From Fistulifera solaris (lineage: Eukaryota), in contig AP026133.1 in NCBI GenBank assembly GCA_030295235.1, forward strand, positions 806,001-870,000: a stretch of DNA of 64,000 nucleotides. Reading direction: 5' to 3'. Numbering within the stretch: position 1 is the first letter of the stretch; the number at the start of each line of letters is the position of its first letter. Of the stretch, positions 12,785 through 25,016 are shown one piece after another. The notes below the pieces were generated by a model that saw nothing but the letters and a program-made list of their open reading frames with translations, had not been told where the DNA came from and did no database searches. Made by a program: the position numbers and the translations under genes.

Positions 12785-13340
12785 ACGACGAAGACGGACT
12801 GTATTATATAAAAGACCACGTTGGGGGTTTATTTTACGTGGTCAGACAGATAATTACAAAGTTCAACACTCCTAGTAATTTATGGAATTTAACGAAAAAC
12901 TGATCTCTTTTGGGGTAAAGAATGTACTTGTACCTCGGGTTGCTTGTTTTGGCGTATGAATCATCCTCTTTAGCAATGACGACTCACAACTCGCTCGCTC
13001 GGGACACCGTGACCCACATGTCCGTCAACCGTTGTGGATGGCCACGTCTTGCTATAGTAAATTTGTACGTTGCTAGCACGAGGCGTTGGATCTTCGTGGA
13101 GTTCCGATTCTGGAGAACACAAAGATCGTCCGCAACGGCACCAAATTCGAACTATCGGATCGCAATCGTATTGGCTGCGGCGTCAGTTTCTCATTGAGGC
13201 TTGTTTTGCGTTCATTTGCAAAAAAAGTGTCCTCCGTTCGTAAAAAAAGCAAGGACACACACTAGCGACGGAACGGCGGCAAATTACAAATTCTTTGTGA
13301 AACGAGCGCGCAATTGAACGAGAAAAAACACTGATGCACA

Positions 13341-14248
13341 ATGAAGCGCTTGACATGCTTACTTTTGTCGTTAATTGGGACTATTGAAGGGTTTATAATT
13401 TTACCTGACCGATCTTCTTCGTCGAGCCTTTTCGGTATATCGCGACAATTTCGTTCTAGCAATCCTCGCCGGACAAATATCGCCATGGCAGAAGCAGACT
13501 TCGATGCACCTGAACCTCGCAACAACGACCGTCTCGACAACATTAATGAGATCGAAATGGCACGTGGACTGCCCGATCAAAAACCGAAAAATGGAGGAGG
13601 AGGACTCGGTGGCTACGATCCTTACGAAGATCTGCGCGGCAGCGAAATTGACGTCGGAGATCCGCAAATTAAGTTGAAAGAGAAAGAACGTAGCGTGACA
13701 TCGATTTTGGCCGAACTAGCCGCGATTCAGCAGCAAGGACCTCAGAAATACTGTATTTTGGGGACTCGTCATTGCAGCTATCTGCACCAACAAATTATCG
13801 AATTGCTGTAAGTGACTGCGGAGTGATCGACGTGCATTCACTGTGTTGCTATTGTTTTGATGCCTCACATCTTCTCGCTAGGGCGTATGCTTTGGTCTTA
13901 TCTGGAAACCACGTTTATACATCAGGTGCGGGAGGAACAAATGCTGCTACGATCAAGGGTGCGTTACGCGCGGAGCGACCGGATTTGTTGACGGTAGTTA
14001 TTCCGCAATCTATGAGTCGGCAGACGAAAGAATCACAGGAATTGCTGAAAGAAGTAGAAGATGTGATCGCCATGCCGCAAAACGATGATTTGTCACTAGA
14101 TGTGGCCAGTAAAATTTGCAACTCGTATTTGTTGAGTTTGACAGACCAGTTAATCAGCTTTGCGTTTCATGAAAGTAACACGGTCATTGAAGCGACGAAA
14201 GAGGCCAAGAAGCTCAACAAGTTAGTCACGGTACTGTTCCTTGACTGA
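13341..14248 (+). CDS. Plastid-targeted DprA/Smf-like (SLOG superfamily) protein of cyanobacterial type
   Basis: Signal peptide ending IEG|F plus a Ser-rich transit peptide. ELAAIQQ.G...ILGTRH, YALVLSGNH.YTSGA.GTN.A.I.GA and FAFHES. Intron 13808-13881 joins the two ORFs in frame. Confidence 0.85.
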
Positions 14249-14984
14249 CTTGATCACCTACTCGCTCACGCTCTCGCTTAATTGGAAGGCCCCTCATCAC
14301 TTTTGTCAACCCCGTGACATCCTCTAGAAACCTCTGACCAATTTACAGGAAAGGTACATCCATCAATAAAAACTTTTGGCTAGATTTGATTAGTAGTCGT
14401 CTCGGTCACTCTTATTTGTCGTCATTACGATTGTAGCCTAAAAATTGAAGAAGAATCCAAGATGCGATAGAAAGGTACGCTCGCTAAAAACGGCAGGAGA
14501 TCAAGAAGTTAGGGGCAGGTATTTCTTTGCGAGCTTGATATTATAACTTCGTTTCGTCCTTTAAAGACTACTCGGAGTATTTTTTTTCTAATCAAACCTT
14601 GAACCTTGTTTCCTTTCGTACTTTCGGTTAGCCGTTAGCCAGATTGACTTGGAGAGGAGTCAAAGTCGTATCGGTATACGGATGCCGGCTAGAATAAATA
14701 GTGAAGATTTCGTTTTATGATTTTTATTTATTTCTTTTGTTTTTCTAATTAAAGCACACTTACAAGTTTTGTAGTTTCTCACGCCGGCAGAGTTTCACCT
14801 CTATTTTGTGGCGATCAATCGATGCGATCTGCTATTTTGACAGAGCATTGCAATTGTTCTTGTGTTGCTGTTCTTTGGAACGTTCCTCCACTCCTTTTCC
14901 TTTCGCAACTATTTTAATACTTATTTTTGAAAGGGTTCTTTGATTTCTGACGTCGTACACGAGAGGCAACGAATCAAAGAAGCC

Positions 14985-15874
14985 ATGTTTTCCAGTCGTC
15001 CCATAACAATGCTGCACACCAGCCACATCGTCAACGATGAAAACGTGACAGAGCTCAACAAGACAACTTCTGCTATTACTAAAGATTCATCGTTGACAGT
15101 GCATAAGACTCCTGCAGGAACGAAATCGCGACGCGCTTTTGGTGATATCTCCAATAAACGTCCCCAGAAACATCTTGAAAGAGAAGGTGATGACATCGCC
15201 TGGAAATCAGCAGCAGCTCCACGAACCCCTGCAGCAGCAATGACGAAGAAATCCAGCAAGAAATCCTCGAAAAAGACATCGGTGCGTTTATTTCCCAATC
15301 CAGACACGAAGCGAGGTGTGACTTTTGCAGAGGAGAAAGTTGAGAGTTCCAAGATTCCTTCTACCCTACACACTGCCGTTTCCGAGAAGAATGAAACACT
15401 AGAGACGAGTGCTTGTGAAGACGACGATAATTATGATGAGCCGGAGAAGCCTTTGGGGCGCACTTACCAGCAGCAGTGGGAGAATGGCGACCATGATGAC
15501 GACGAAACCGTGTTGTCATTGGAAGGCGTCTACGACATCGCGAAGAGATGGAAAGAATTCGACGAGAAAATCAACTCGCTACAGCCATCGTACGAAGAAC
15601 AGTTTCAGCAGCATATAGCTGATTTCGATCGAGAACTAGAAGAGTTCACAAAACAAGAAGGTGGGTTGGATTTCTGTTATCTAAACTTGCAATTAACCGG
15701 ATATCATTATATCTCACTTCATCGTCTATCACGACAGCATCTTGCGTCGATACATTCCCATCACCAGATGAGTCCGCCCTCTTGTCGTTTCTTAATGAAT
15801 TGGAGGATGACTTAGATATCTTCGCAGCTGACGATTCCTCAGCCCCAACGAATCTAGAGATTTCATTTGGCTAA
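14985..15874 (+). CDS. Disordered protein with an APC/C D-box (securin-like candidate)
   Basis: DEN at 15036, RRAFGDISN at 15129-15155, basic middle and acidic C-half. Intron 15661-15737 gives the acidic tail ...LEDDLDIF..LEISFG*. Confidence 0.7.
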
Positions 15875-17530
15875 ACATGAGCGAGGAGGGCGGAGTTGGC
15901 TAATGTGCACATTATTCGCTTCCCGGTTCCTTTTGTTGTTACTAGAAACCTTTTTAGATCTTCTCTAGCCTCTTGAAGACTTTGAGTTGTAAAGTTGGTC
16001 TTCTTTCAACATAGCATAGTTTTCGTAATGAGTTAGATCGGAAACGACTACAAACTTCCGTCGTAACTCCACGGCAGAAGCGGTAAAATATAAAATCAGT
16101 TTCAATTTCATAAACGAGATACTATTACACTCGCCCCGAAACAGGTGCAATAAAGTTGCGTGGGTTTGGGCGGTACTTTGCACATAATGTAGCACGTGCA
16201 ATGATGACGATGAAGAGCAATTTAGCCGATGCTTATTCAACCTGATGGATGAGGACTCGTTGGGAGAAATATGTCATTGCCAGAGAATGCACCTGGGGCA
16301 GATTCGTCTTCCATATCGCTACCTAATCGCTCGGCATCGAAACAGTCTTCGATTCTCTGCTTATAAATCGCAAGAAAAAGTAGCCTACTGCTTAGTTTGA
16401 GGACAGGGCAACCAGCTTAGGGAGTTTGTCTCTGCGAGCTATCGCAATCGTAGGACTAGCCTCTGACTTTCTCATAGCTCGCAAGTCGCCAGTCATTTTC
16501 GACACAGCAAATCACGGGAGGAAATGTCTGCATGGTACTCTGAATGTTCAACAATTCGCTCATCTGTAGAAATTTGTTTATGTTGCTGACTAACCTGTAA
16601 GACAAAGCATTGTTTTCTAGAACCAGGGGTCTAGACATTCAGCTTTTGTGATGTATTTAGAACAATTGTAGCATTCGTAGTAACGACGAGATTGAAAGAA
16701 ACAAAGATGGGCAATAACTTCCCAGATATTGATGATCGATAAAAAATGGGTCATCTCGAGAACCTGCGTTACCAAACGCGTAGGTCAAGCCCTCTTGTGG
16801 GCTATCAAGTCGTTAATCAAAAGTAGGAATTGATCGAAGCTTGGTGAGTTTCTGAGCGTTGAGGAGGCAGGTGACGAGGTGCTCGTCAACACGCAGCATG
16901 ACAACCAACACTACCGACATGCAGTTATATGACCCAACCCCGAAGATATAAAACCAGCAAGCAGAAAATCGCCGATCAACATCGTCACGGTGATCATCGA
17001 CCACCGAACCGATCCTTAATCAATATACCTGGTAATTTAGTCTACTCCGTATTTTTCGGAAGACCCTGTCTGGGAGATTTCTCTGCAGAAGTGTCATCCG
17101 TCCTAAGGAAGGCGTTCTTCCAAATTTTTGCGTGTTGGATAACCTTAATCAATCGAGCAAAACCGGTGACCCGTGAAGGTTTTCGGCCTACACAGTTGAT
17201 AATAGTCCAAAAATGGTTTTCGATCTTTATATTACTACGTATACAATTCACCATGTGTCCAGGTGTAATCCGTGACATTTTTCAAGGGGGATTGTAAAGG
17301 CAAAAATTTGGACGAAAGGTTTCAGTAATTTTTGCTTCGTCGCGCAGCTTTGCATCAGCCTTGTACTTGTACTCCATCTTTTATTTCTGGAGAAGGCAAT
17401 GGTCTGGCTCCACGCCTTCAATTCAAAAAAAGCTTGAAGGAGCCCTGAGCCTCGAGCCTCTATCGCAGCAATCATTGTTTCGCAACTGATCGAGGCTGCT
17501 ATTTACATTGACTTCATAAATCAGTCGCAT

Positions 17531-18649
17531 ATGCATGATCCTAATATGACGAGTTCATTTAAAAATAACATACTCTACGGACAAGTCGTGGTGGGTCCTC
17601 CCGGCGCGGGAAAAACCACTTATTGCAATGGTATGCAACAATATCTACGTCTGCTGCAACGCAATGCGTGGGTGATGAATATGGATCCGGCGAATGATCC
17701 GGGCGATCTGTACGAAACAATATTCGATGTGCGAAACGACATGGTAGATTTGTCGGTTGTGATGGACGAAACGGAACTAGGACCGAATGGTGGGCTGATG
17801 TATTGCATGGAATATATGGAGCAACATGTCATGGACATTGTCAAATGTGTGCGGAATCGACAGCAGCAACAACAGGAGAGCGACTCATCATCTTCGAAAA
17901 CGAAGAACGATCCTCTGTATTTGCTATTGGATTTTCCAGGACAAGTTGAATTGTATACACACTCGATGTTTGTCCAGAATTTGTTATCGCAATTGCAAAA
18001 ACAGTTGAATTTGCGATTGACGTTGGTGCAATTAATCGATTCGCAATATTGTTATCAGGCGTCGTCCTTCCTATCAGCGGCATTACTCGGGACAACGACA
18101 TTGTTGCGGATGGAGTTGCCTACAGTGAGTGTATGGACAAAAATGGATTTGTTGCGGGGGAATGATTTGCCCATGCCTTGGGAGTTTTTCACGGAATGTT
18201 TCGATTTGGAACGATTAATTCCGTTTCTCGATCAAACGAACATGAACAGTCACGCAAATAAGGATAACGATGAAGAAGATTATAAGAATATCGAAGACGA
18301 CGAAAGATATAACGCCGTCTGGGAAGATCCCGATTATCAAGCAGCACGTCAACGTCGTAAGCAATCCAAACTGAATCGCAAATACACGAAATTGCACGAA
18401 GTCATGGCAGAAGTGGTCGAGGATTTCGGATTATTGAATTTCATACCGTTGGACATACAGGATGCTACACTTGTAGGGCAGGTCCTGGCCAAAGTAGATC
18501 AGTGCAATGGTTACGTATATACACAACAATCGATTCCGGAAGATATGTTCCAGTGCGCGGCGGCGTCATCCGACTACACAGGGGAATCACAATTGCAAAT
18601 ACGGGAACGGATCCATTCGTCGCCGCCATCTTTGAAACAGCAACCTTGA
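17531..18649 (+). CDS. GPN2: GPN-loop GTPase 2
   Basis: Intact ORF with GPPGAGKTT, NMDPAN, LGPNGGL, DFPGQVELYTH and TKMDLL. Confidence 0.93.
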   Translation: MHDPNMTSSFKNNILYGQVVVGPPGAGKTTYCNGMQQYLRLLQRNAWVMNMDPANDPGDLYETIFDVRNDMVDLSVVMDETELGPNGGLMYCMEYMEQHVMDIVKCVRNRQQQQQESDSSSSKTKNDPLYLLLDFPGQVELYTHSMFVQNLLSQLQKQLNLRLTLVQLIDSQYCYQASSFLSAALLGTTTLLRMELPTVSVWTKMDLLRGNDLPMPWEFFTECFDLERLIPFLDQTNMNSHANKDNDEEDYKNIEDDERYNAVWEDPDYQAARQRRKQSKLNRKYTKLHEVMAEVVEDFGLLNFIPLDIQDATLVGQVLAKVDQCNGYVYTQQSIPEDMFQCAAASSDYTGESQLQIRERIHSSPPSLKQQP

Positions 18650-18732
18650 CGCACACACACGCTTAGCAAGAACATTATTTAAATAGAAGTTATAAGTACA
18701 TAGGTTTAGTCATTTGATCTTGTTCCACAGTA

Positions 18733-20454
18733 TTAATCTTTCTTGGGAGAGGTCTCCTTTTGAGTCATGGTAGCTGGGGCCGGTGCTGCTGCTAATGGTG
18801 CTTTGGGTGCAGCACTTTTTGACACAGAGGAGGTCTCCTTTGTAGTACTTGGTTTTGCTTTCTTTTTGGGTTTAGTGCTTATGGAGAAAGCAGCCTCATC
18901 TGATGATGGAGCCGTGTTAGGAAAAGCAGGCGGTGCATCTTCTGACTTTCGTTTCCGTTTCACTGCAGGTTTCTTTGTCTTGGTGTCGGCACTTGATGTT
19001 GTCGTTGCTGTTGGTGCGCCGGCAGACGCTGCTGTCGTACTGGAGGAGGATGCTGTCGCAGCTGGCTTTTTCCCCGCCAGCTTGGATCCGGTAGCAGTTT
19101 TGCTGGCAGACGCTTTAGCCTTGCCCGGTGCTGCGGCGGCTGCAGTGGCAGCTGGACCTTTCGTCACTGGCTTGGGTCGTGGCGCCGGAGGCGGGCAATG
19201 CCCAGAAGAGTCTCTTCGTCCACCACGCGAATATTACCACCCATTTTTGCCAGTTTGAGACGTCGAGCACGCAGCACACCTTCTTTCTGAATCACTTGTT
19301 TCTGCAACAACAGCCACGTCAATGCGTCTCGACGGACAGTATCCATCAAATCACACGCCCGTTTTGTAGCAATCACAGTAGATGGCACATTCATTCCCGC
19401 CAAGAGAGCCTCCATACGAGCCACCAATGCTTTGGAAATACCCGTTTCACCACCAGTAGCGGGAAGTACCAATCGAGCTGATTGCAAATAAGGGACACCG
19501 GGCACTGGTGTCGGAGCCGTGGTCGTCATAGCTTGATCAACCTGTTGCATGGCCACTTCGGGAGCCGGAATAGGCGTTGCTGCCCGTGAAGCTGTCGTCC
19601 CACTCGCCGCCACGACATGCGCTCCGCGCTTCTTCAATTTGCGCAATTGTGTCTCCACCTGCTTGAGTTCGTTCCGTAACGCCAATTCTTCCGCTTCTTC
19701 TTCCTTTGTTCGATTCCACAATGCCTCCCAATGAGCGCGTCGCTCCTTTTCGTACGCTAGATCAAAGACTTTATTACTCGTTCCAGTCCCTAAATGCTGC
19801 ATGAGCGGCTGGTGTTGCGGATCGGAAGACGCCAAAGAACGAGCCGCCGCTGTTTCCAGCAACAATTTCGGATCCTCAGCATTATTGGTGGCGGCAGCTT
19901 CCAAGGCTTTTGTTTCAACAGCCGCTTCATGGGAAACACGCCGCTGCAACAGTTTTGCCGCAACGGTGTAAAATCGATGTTTCAAGTCTTCGACGGGCCG
20001 CGGGGGACACGCGGCACACCAACGATCATGAATAACGGGCCATCGCAATTCAAAAATGCGTGCGTAATCCATCAAGGTGTCAGTTTCACTTTGCGACCAG
20101 TTTTCTGATGTCAACCACGCTTTGTATTCCTCTATTGTGTATTGTACTGGATCTAAATGAATATCAAAACGAGCGTATGGATAATCGGGGTATTCGACAT
20201 TCGCACGGACCCAGTGGTTTAAAAAGAAGCCCGTCAGGGCGGCTCGACGATGAAAACGGAGCCCAGGTCCATTTTCGCGCTGGTTTGTGTGAATTGATTT
20301 GTTTATTTCCTATTTTGATGAATGTTGGGACTGTTGTTGGGAGTTCCGTGGCAGATCCGGTGAGTTCCGAGTAAGGCTTTGGTAGAAGACTTTTGTTGCT
20401 GCCGACTGGTTTAGGGGCGCTTTTCACGCCCAGTATTTCAGCAACGTCGGTCAT
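18733..20454 (-). CDS. DMAP1: DMAP1/Swc4 (NuA4/SWR1 subunit, SANT domain) with a low-complexity Ala/Lys/Pro tail
   Basis: MTDVAEILG, WTWAPF.SS.R.DGL, reconstructed HWVRANVEYPDYPYARF, SANT W...ETD.L......LRWPVIHDR..VEDLK.RFY, and FD..YEKERR. Frameshifts near 20222, 20188 and 19194. Confidence 0.9.
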
Positions 20455-21181
20455 GGCGGAATCAGTCTTGCTCAGAAGTCTCTCCGTCGAGAAAGAAAAG
20501 AAGATTATAGATTATAGAGTGTTACCGTTGCTTTTGTTTGATCTGTTATGCGCGCACACCGACACACCGTCGTTGATCGCGTCGATGGCGACCTCGCACA
20601 GTCGCACCTCGAGCCGCGTATTTTTCGTCCTCCGTCCGTCGACTGATTCGAGTCACCCGACATCCGACATGACATCATCAATCTAAATCCTTTTGGATCC
20701 AGCATCCAGCCATTTTGACATCAATGTGGATGCTGCAAAAAAGCAGCTGCATTGCAATGAAACTTTTACTAAAGAACAAATGAAGCTTAGATAGCAGTTT
20801 GACTCGGCAAAGACATGCGGAGTATGAATCAGGGTTCATGACTAAATTGCAGTCTTGGTGAAGCTGACCTACATGTTCACTCTACTTTGTATAGTAATTA
20901 TGGAAGCTCACGATCGTCTTCAAGGCTTGTTCGACATCATGGTGTTCGATTCATTCTGCATTGCACAATGCTGCTGAAGACTTTTTCATTGAAACATAGA
21001 CATTGAGAATTACAGTCGAACAAAGGCATATGTCGTACCGAGCTTGCAGAACATCTGGCTGAGAAGAGTTTTATACAAAGCGTGGATCCATTTTGACAAA
21101 AACGCAACAAAAGAGCACTTGAAATATATGTTTTCGGTCACTTCTTTCTTTAGCTTCGCTAGCACTACTTATCAATTGTTC

Positions 21182-21664
21182 TTATATGCCATACTTCAAT
21201 TTCATAGTCAACAAACCTTGTTGACCCAGCAATATTTCATTAACAAACGTAAAGAAACCCAACCACACAATCGGCGTAATATCCACTCCAAAGGCCGGAG
21301 GTACCACCCCTTTAATAGCCCGCAACAAGGGCTCGGTCGGTACTGCCACGATTATCCAGGGAAAGTCACTCACTTTGGTATTCGGATACCACGATAAGAC
21401 CACGCGAGCCAACATGGCAAACGACAAGAAATTCAGAAAGGGACCAAGAAAATCTGCAGTGGGTTGTACCCAGGCTTCGGTAGCTGCCGTCAAGAGCGAC
21501 GACGACGAAGAAGAAGTAAACAAAAAATCGGTCGTAGCAGAATCTGTCAGTGCGTGTCGGGCCGTCGTTGTAACGAAGGAGCGCGGTGGCAAAGTAAAAG
21601 CCGAAACACACGAAAGCCATGTAAGCATGCAGAAGCAGATTTTCATAATTGATTGTGAGTTCAT
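21182..21664 (-). CDS. CCB3: YggT-family cytochrome b6 heme ci assembly factor, plastid-targeted
   Basis: RVVLSWYP, PTEPLL, GVDITPIVW and EILLGQQGLL. Bipartite presequence with VSA|FT cleavage site. Confidence 0.88.
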   Translation of the reverse strand: MNSQSIMKICFCMLTWLSCVSAFTLPPRSFVTTTARHALTDSATTDFLFTSSSSSSLLTAATEAWVQPTADFLGPFLNFLSFAMLARVVLSWYPNTKVSDFPWIIVAVPTEPLLRAIKGVVPPAFGVDITPIVWLGFFTFVNEILLGQQGLLTMKLKYGI

Positions 21665-22118
21665 GATCTTGAGGAATTAGTGATGGTTGAAATAATGCCG
21701 TTTTTCATTATATCTTGACAAGTTTGATGATCATTTACAAGGCGACGTTTGTTATTGCGTTGATGCTTCTGCATCGTCGGCCGTCGGCCGACGTTTTGCA
21801 ACCGTGGAAGATTCCGGATTCCGTTTCGATTCACTGACACTCCGACCAGGCAATTCTACTTCGCATTGTATAGTCACACGGTTTCACTTCAAACTTCGAA
21901 CTTCAGAAGCGGGATTCCAACTTTATACGGTACACATATACGCAATCGAATCCGTGTTCTACGTGGTGTGTGGCGGAGAACATTCGCTACTGTCACAGGC
22001 AGAGCTCGCTCCTTCGCAAAAGAGGCACAATTGCTGTTTCGGTTTTTAGCTCCTCCGCATTCTGGTTCCTTCAAACGCCAAGTTGTTAACCTTTACGAGT
22101 ATTTCTACTTGCAGCACA

Positions 22119-24180
22119 ATGAACTCGTTTCTTTATTGCAACCGATTCAAGTTGATTTGGCTGATAATGGCTACAGCAATCAAGCGGAGCTATGGTCAAC
22201 AAACGACGGACTCGGATGTCACTGCATCAGCACAGCAATCATCAAAACCCCTCAAGTTCGGAATGATCAGTGGAGGATCCTCTTTCTTTATACCCATCGG
22301 AGAAGGATGGATGACTGCTTGTGAGAAATTGGGAGTTGAATGCTATTATGAGGCTCACAACGCTACACTGTGGCCGGAACAAGAAGGCGAGTGCGCTTTC
22401 CGTAGCTATCTCGCCGACCAATGGATCGCCGAAAAAGTTGACGGTATCGCGTTCAAAGGATGCGGCAATTGGTCGATCATGACCGATGTCGTAAACAAAA
22501 TCATTGATAATGGCATCCCCGTCGTTACATTTGATCATGACGTCGAAAACACTACCCGCACTGCTTATATCGGCACCGATCAAGTATTCCTGGGCCAAAC
22601 GCAAGCGCGCTTGTTGCGTCAACTGCGTCCCGAGGGGGGAAAATACGCCATTATCTGTCGCAAAGATGGTCGTTACGAAGGATTCATACAAGAGATATCT
22701 CGGTATAATAACAACAAAGACAAGGCAAGCTGGTACGAAGCATTCGAATTTGACCGGGACGATCAAAACTATACGCTCGAGTACGAGATTGGCCTGGAAT
22801 ATGGAGCGGATGTTTTTATTTTTCAGTGTCAAACTCCCATGAAGGACGAAAATTGGACTTACTTTGCTGCCGACATGCGTGCCAGGAATGTCACCCTAAT
22901 TGGAGTCGATGGAAGTGATTGGCAAATTGATTACTTGAACAAGAGAAGTGTGGATGGTTTGATTGGTCAACTTCCGTTCGAAATTGGATCGAAATCTATT
23001 CAAGTGCTCTATGATACTGCAATGAAACGAAAAGCGCAACAAGGAATCATGTCTACAAATCTTGTTTCGTACAATCTTATTCCAGCGGACTTGCCCCCAT
23101 TAAATGTCGATGACAATTTGATCGGAAATCTCGTGTACATTGGCTACACGTGTTTTGTTGTGATTGCCTTCATGGTCCTGGTCTGTGTGGTCTGGACGAT
23201 TCAACACCGTAAAGATCTTGTTGTTCGAGCGGCTCAGCCGTTCTTTCTCTTCATGGTGGCTGGAGGTGTACTCATCTTGGCGTGTGCCTTGATTCCTTTG
23301 ACATTCGACGATAATGGCGAACCGGACTCGTTAACTTCAAGACAAGCAGTCACCATTTGCATGAGTGTACCGTGGCTGGTCTTTACCGGTTTTACGGTTG
23401 CCTTTTCCGCGCTCTTTTCCAAGACGTGGCGCATCAACCGTCTATTCTTTTCCAAAGTACGAATGGCACGCATGCAAGTTACAGAGAAGGATGTTCTGGC
23501 TCCATTTGTAGTTCTGCTTACGAGTAACATGATTGTCCTAATCTGCTGGACGGCCATTGATCCTCTCACTTATACACGACATGAAAACGAAGGATTGGAC
23601 TATTGGAATCGTGTTATCTCCACGTATGGCGTTTGCAAGTCCGACTCTGCCTTGGCCTTCTTGTCTCCACTGGCAGTGATCAACCTGGGAGTTGTGGCGA
23701 TTGCCTGTTGGCAAGCTTATCAAGCCAGAGCCATCAAGTCTGAGTTTGCCGAGGCCAAGTATATCGCTCTTGCGGTATTTTTCTCTCTTTCAGGCTTTCT
23801 TCACCGGTGTACCTGTTTTGATTGTTGTAAGGAACATGCCGGAAGCATACTACATTCTTCTGACTATGATGATCTTCATTCTCTGCATGGCTTTATTGCT
23901 CTTGATCTTTTTACCCAAAATATTTATCCAGAAAAAATACGCAGGCTTGAGTGAAGAAGAACAGAGAAAGATGTTGCACGATACCATCCGAAAACATGGC
24001 AGTTCTGACTTTGGCTATCATCCACAGCGGAGGCATGCTCAACAACCGAGTTCCGTCCGAAACGCCCAACCCTCCGACGAAACAAAAGAGACAATCGCGG
24101 GTGAAATGGGGTCGGATCGATATGATGAGAAGGACAAGTTTGTTCATAACTCTCCTATCGAACGCCGCAACTCAATATAA
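22119..24180 (+). CDS. Class C (GABA-B-like) 7TM GPCR with an N-terminal RbsB/LacI-type periplasmic sugar-binding domain
   Basis: Ectodomain KVDGI, GIPVVTFD.D and AYIGTDQ..LG. 7TM motifs VVRAAQPFFL, ALFSKTWRI, SEF.EAKYI and IFLPK. Frameshift at the T-run near 23778. Confidence 0.88.
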
Positions 24181-24566
24181 AGTTGGTTTCTAGAGGTGTT
24201 ATTTGATCGAGGACCGCCAAGAAGAACACTCAGCTGAGGCACAACCTAAACAGTGGGCGTCGTTCACTGCCCGCTGTTACGGCGACACAGAACTGCCTAT
24301 CTGCTGCGTGTCGTTGTTGCGCCTCGGTCGCATGTTGTGAACTTGAGAACGGAACTCAAGTGTACCGCGCTCCCTGGCGAAGCTTTCCTAATTGCATCTA
24401 CAAGTTCTGGATCAACAGCAGAAATAGTTCTACCAAAGAAACTTCTTGCAACGTTTAAAAATGAAGTATTCACATTATAAACAAGATTGTTTAACAAAAG
24501 TTCTTGCAAAGTCATGCAATTCCATGTAAATATACAAAAGGGATGCACCAAGGAAACGCAGACCAT

Positions 24567-25016
24567 TCAGCAGCACCGCGCCATATTAACAGGTGATACA
24601 ATGGGTGCAAAGGGTGGCTGATATCTGGAGTGTGACGGAGCCTTGTGTTCCGCGAGAAGAGACAATTTGTTCAAAGGGAGAGTGATGATGGTGGCAGAAG
24701 AGTCGAGGGTTGACAAATCACCAGAAAAAAGCTTTCGATCGCTTGAGACCGGAATGAGGGTCCGATCGGATTCGTTTTCGTGGCATCATTTCAGGAGAAA
24801 GAATGGAAATGTCGTCCTCATCATCCAACGGCCACGCGAGCGAAGGGAAGGATTCGCTAGTCTCACCATTGATGGAGTCGAACACGCTCCCAAAATCAAA
24901 AACAGCGTCCAAAGCGAGATCAGAAAAGCGATCTGGTGTTCGACGTCTTTTAAAACTGCCTTCCAACGCCTCTGTAGCAGGACCGAGGCATTCAAAAAGT
25001 TGCTAGAAGGATCCAT
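24567..25016 (-). CDS. Small hypothetical protein (about 150 aa) ending in -CC
   Basis: Reconstructed across two homopolymer frameshifts (near 24995 and 24728): MDPSSNF..ATEALEGSFKRRR..FPSLAWPLDDEDD..GLKRSKAFSGDLSTL..NMARCC*. Confidence 0.5.
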
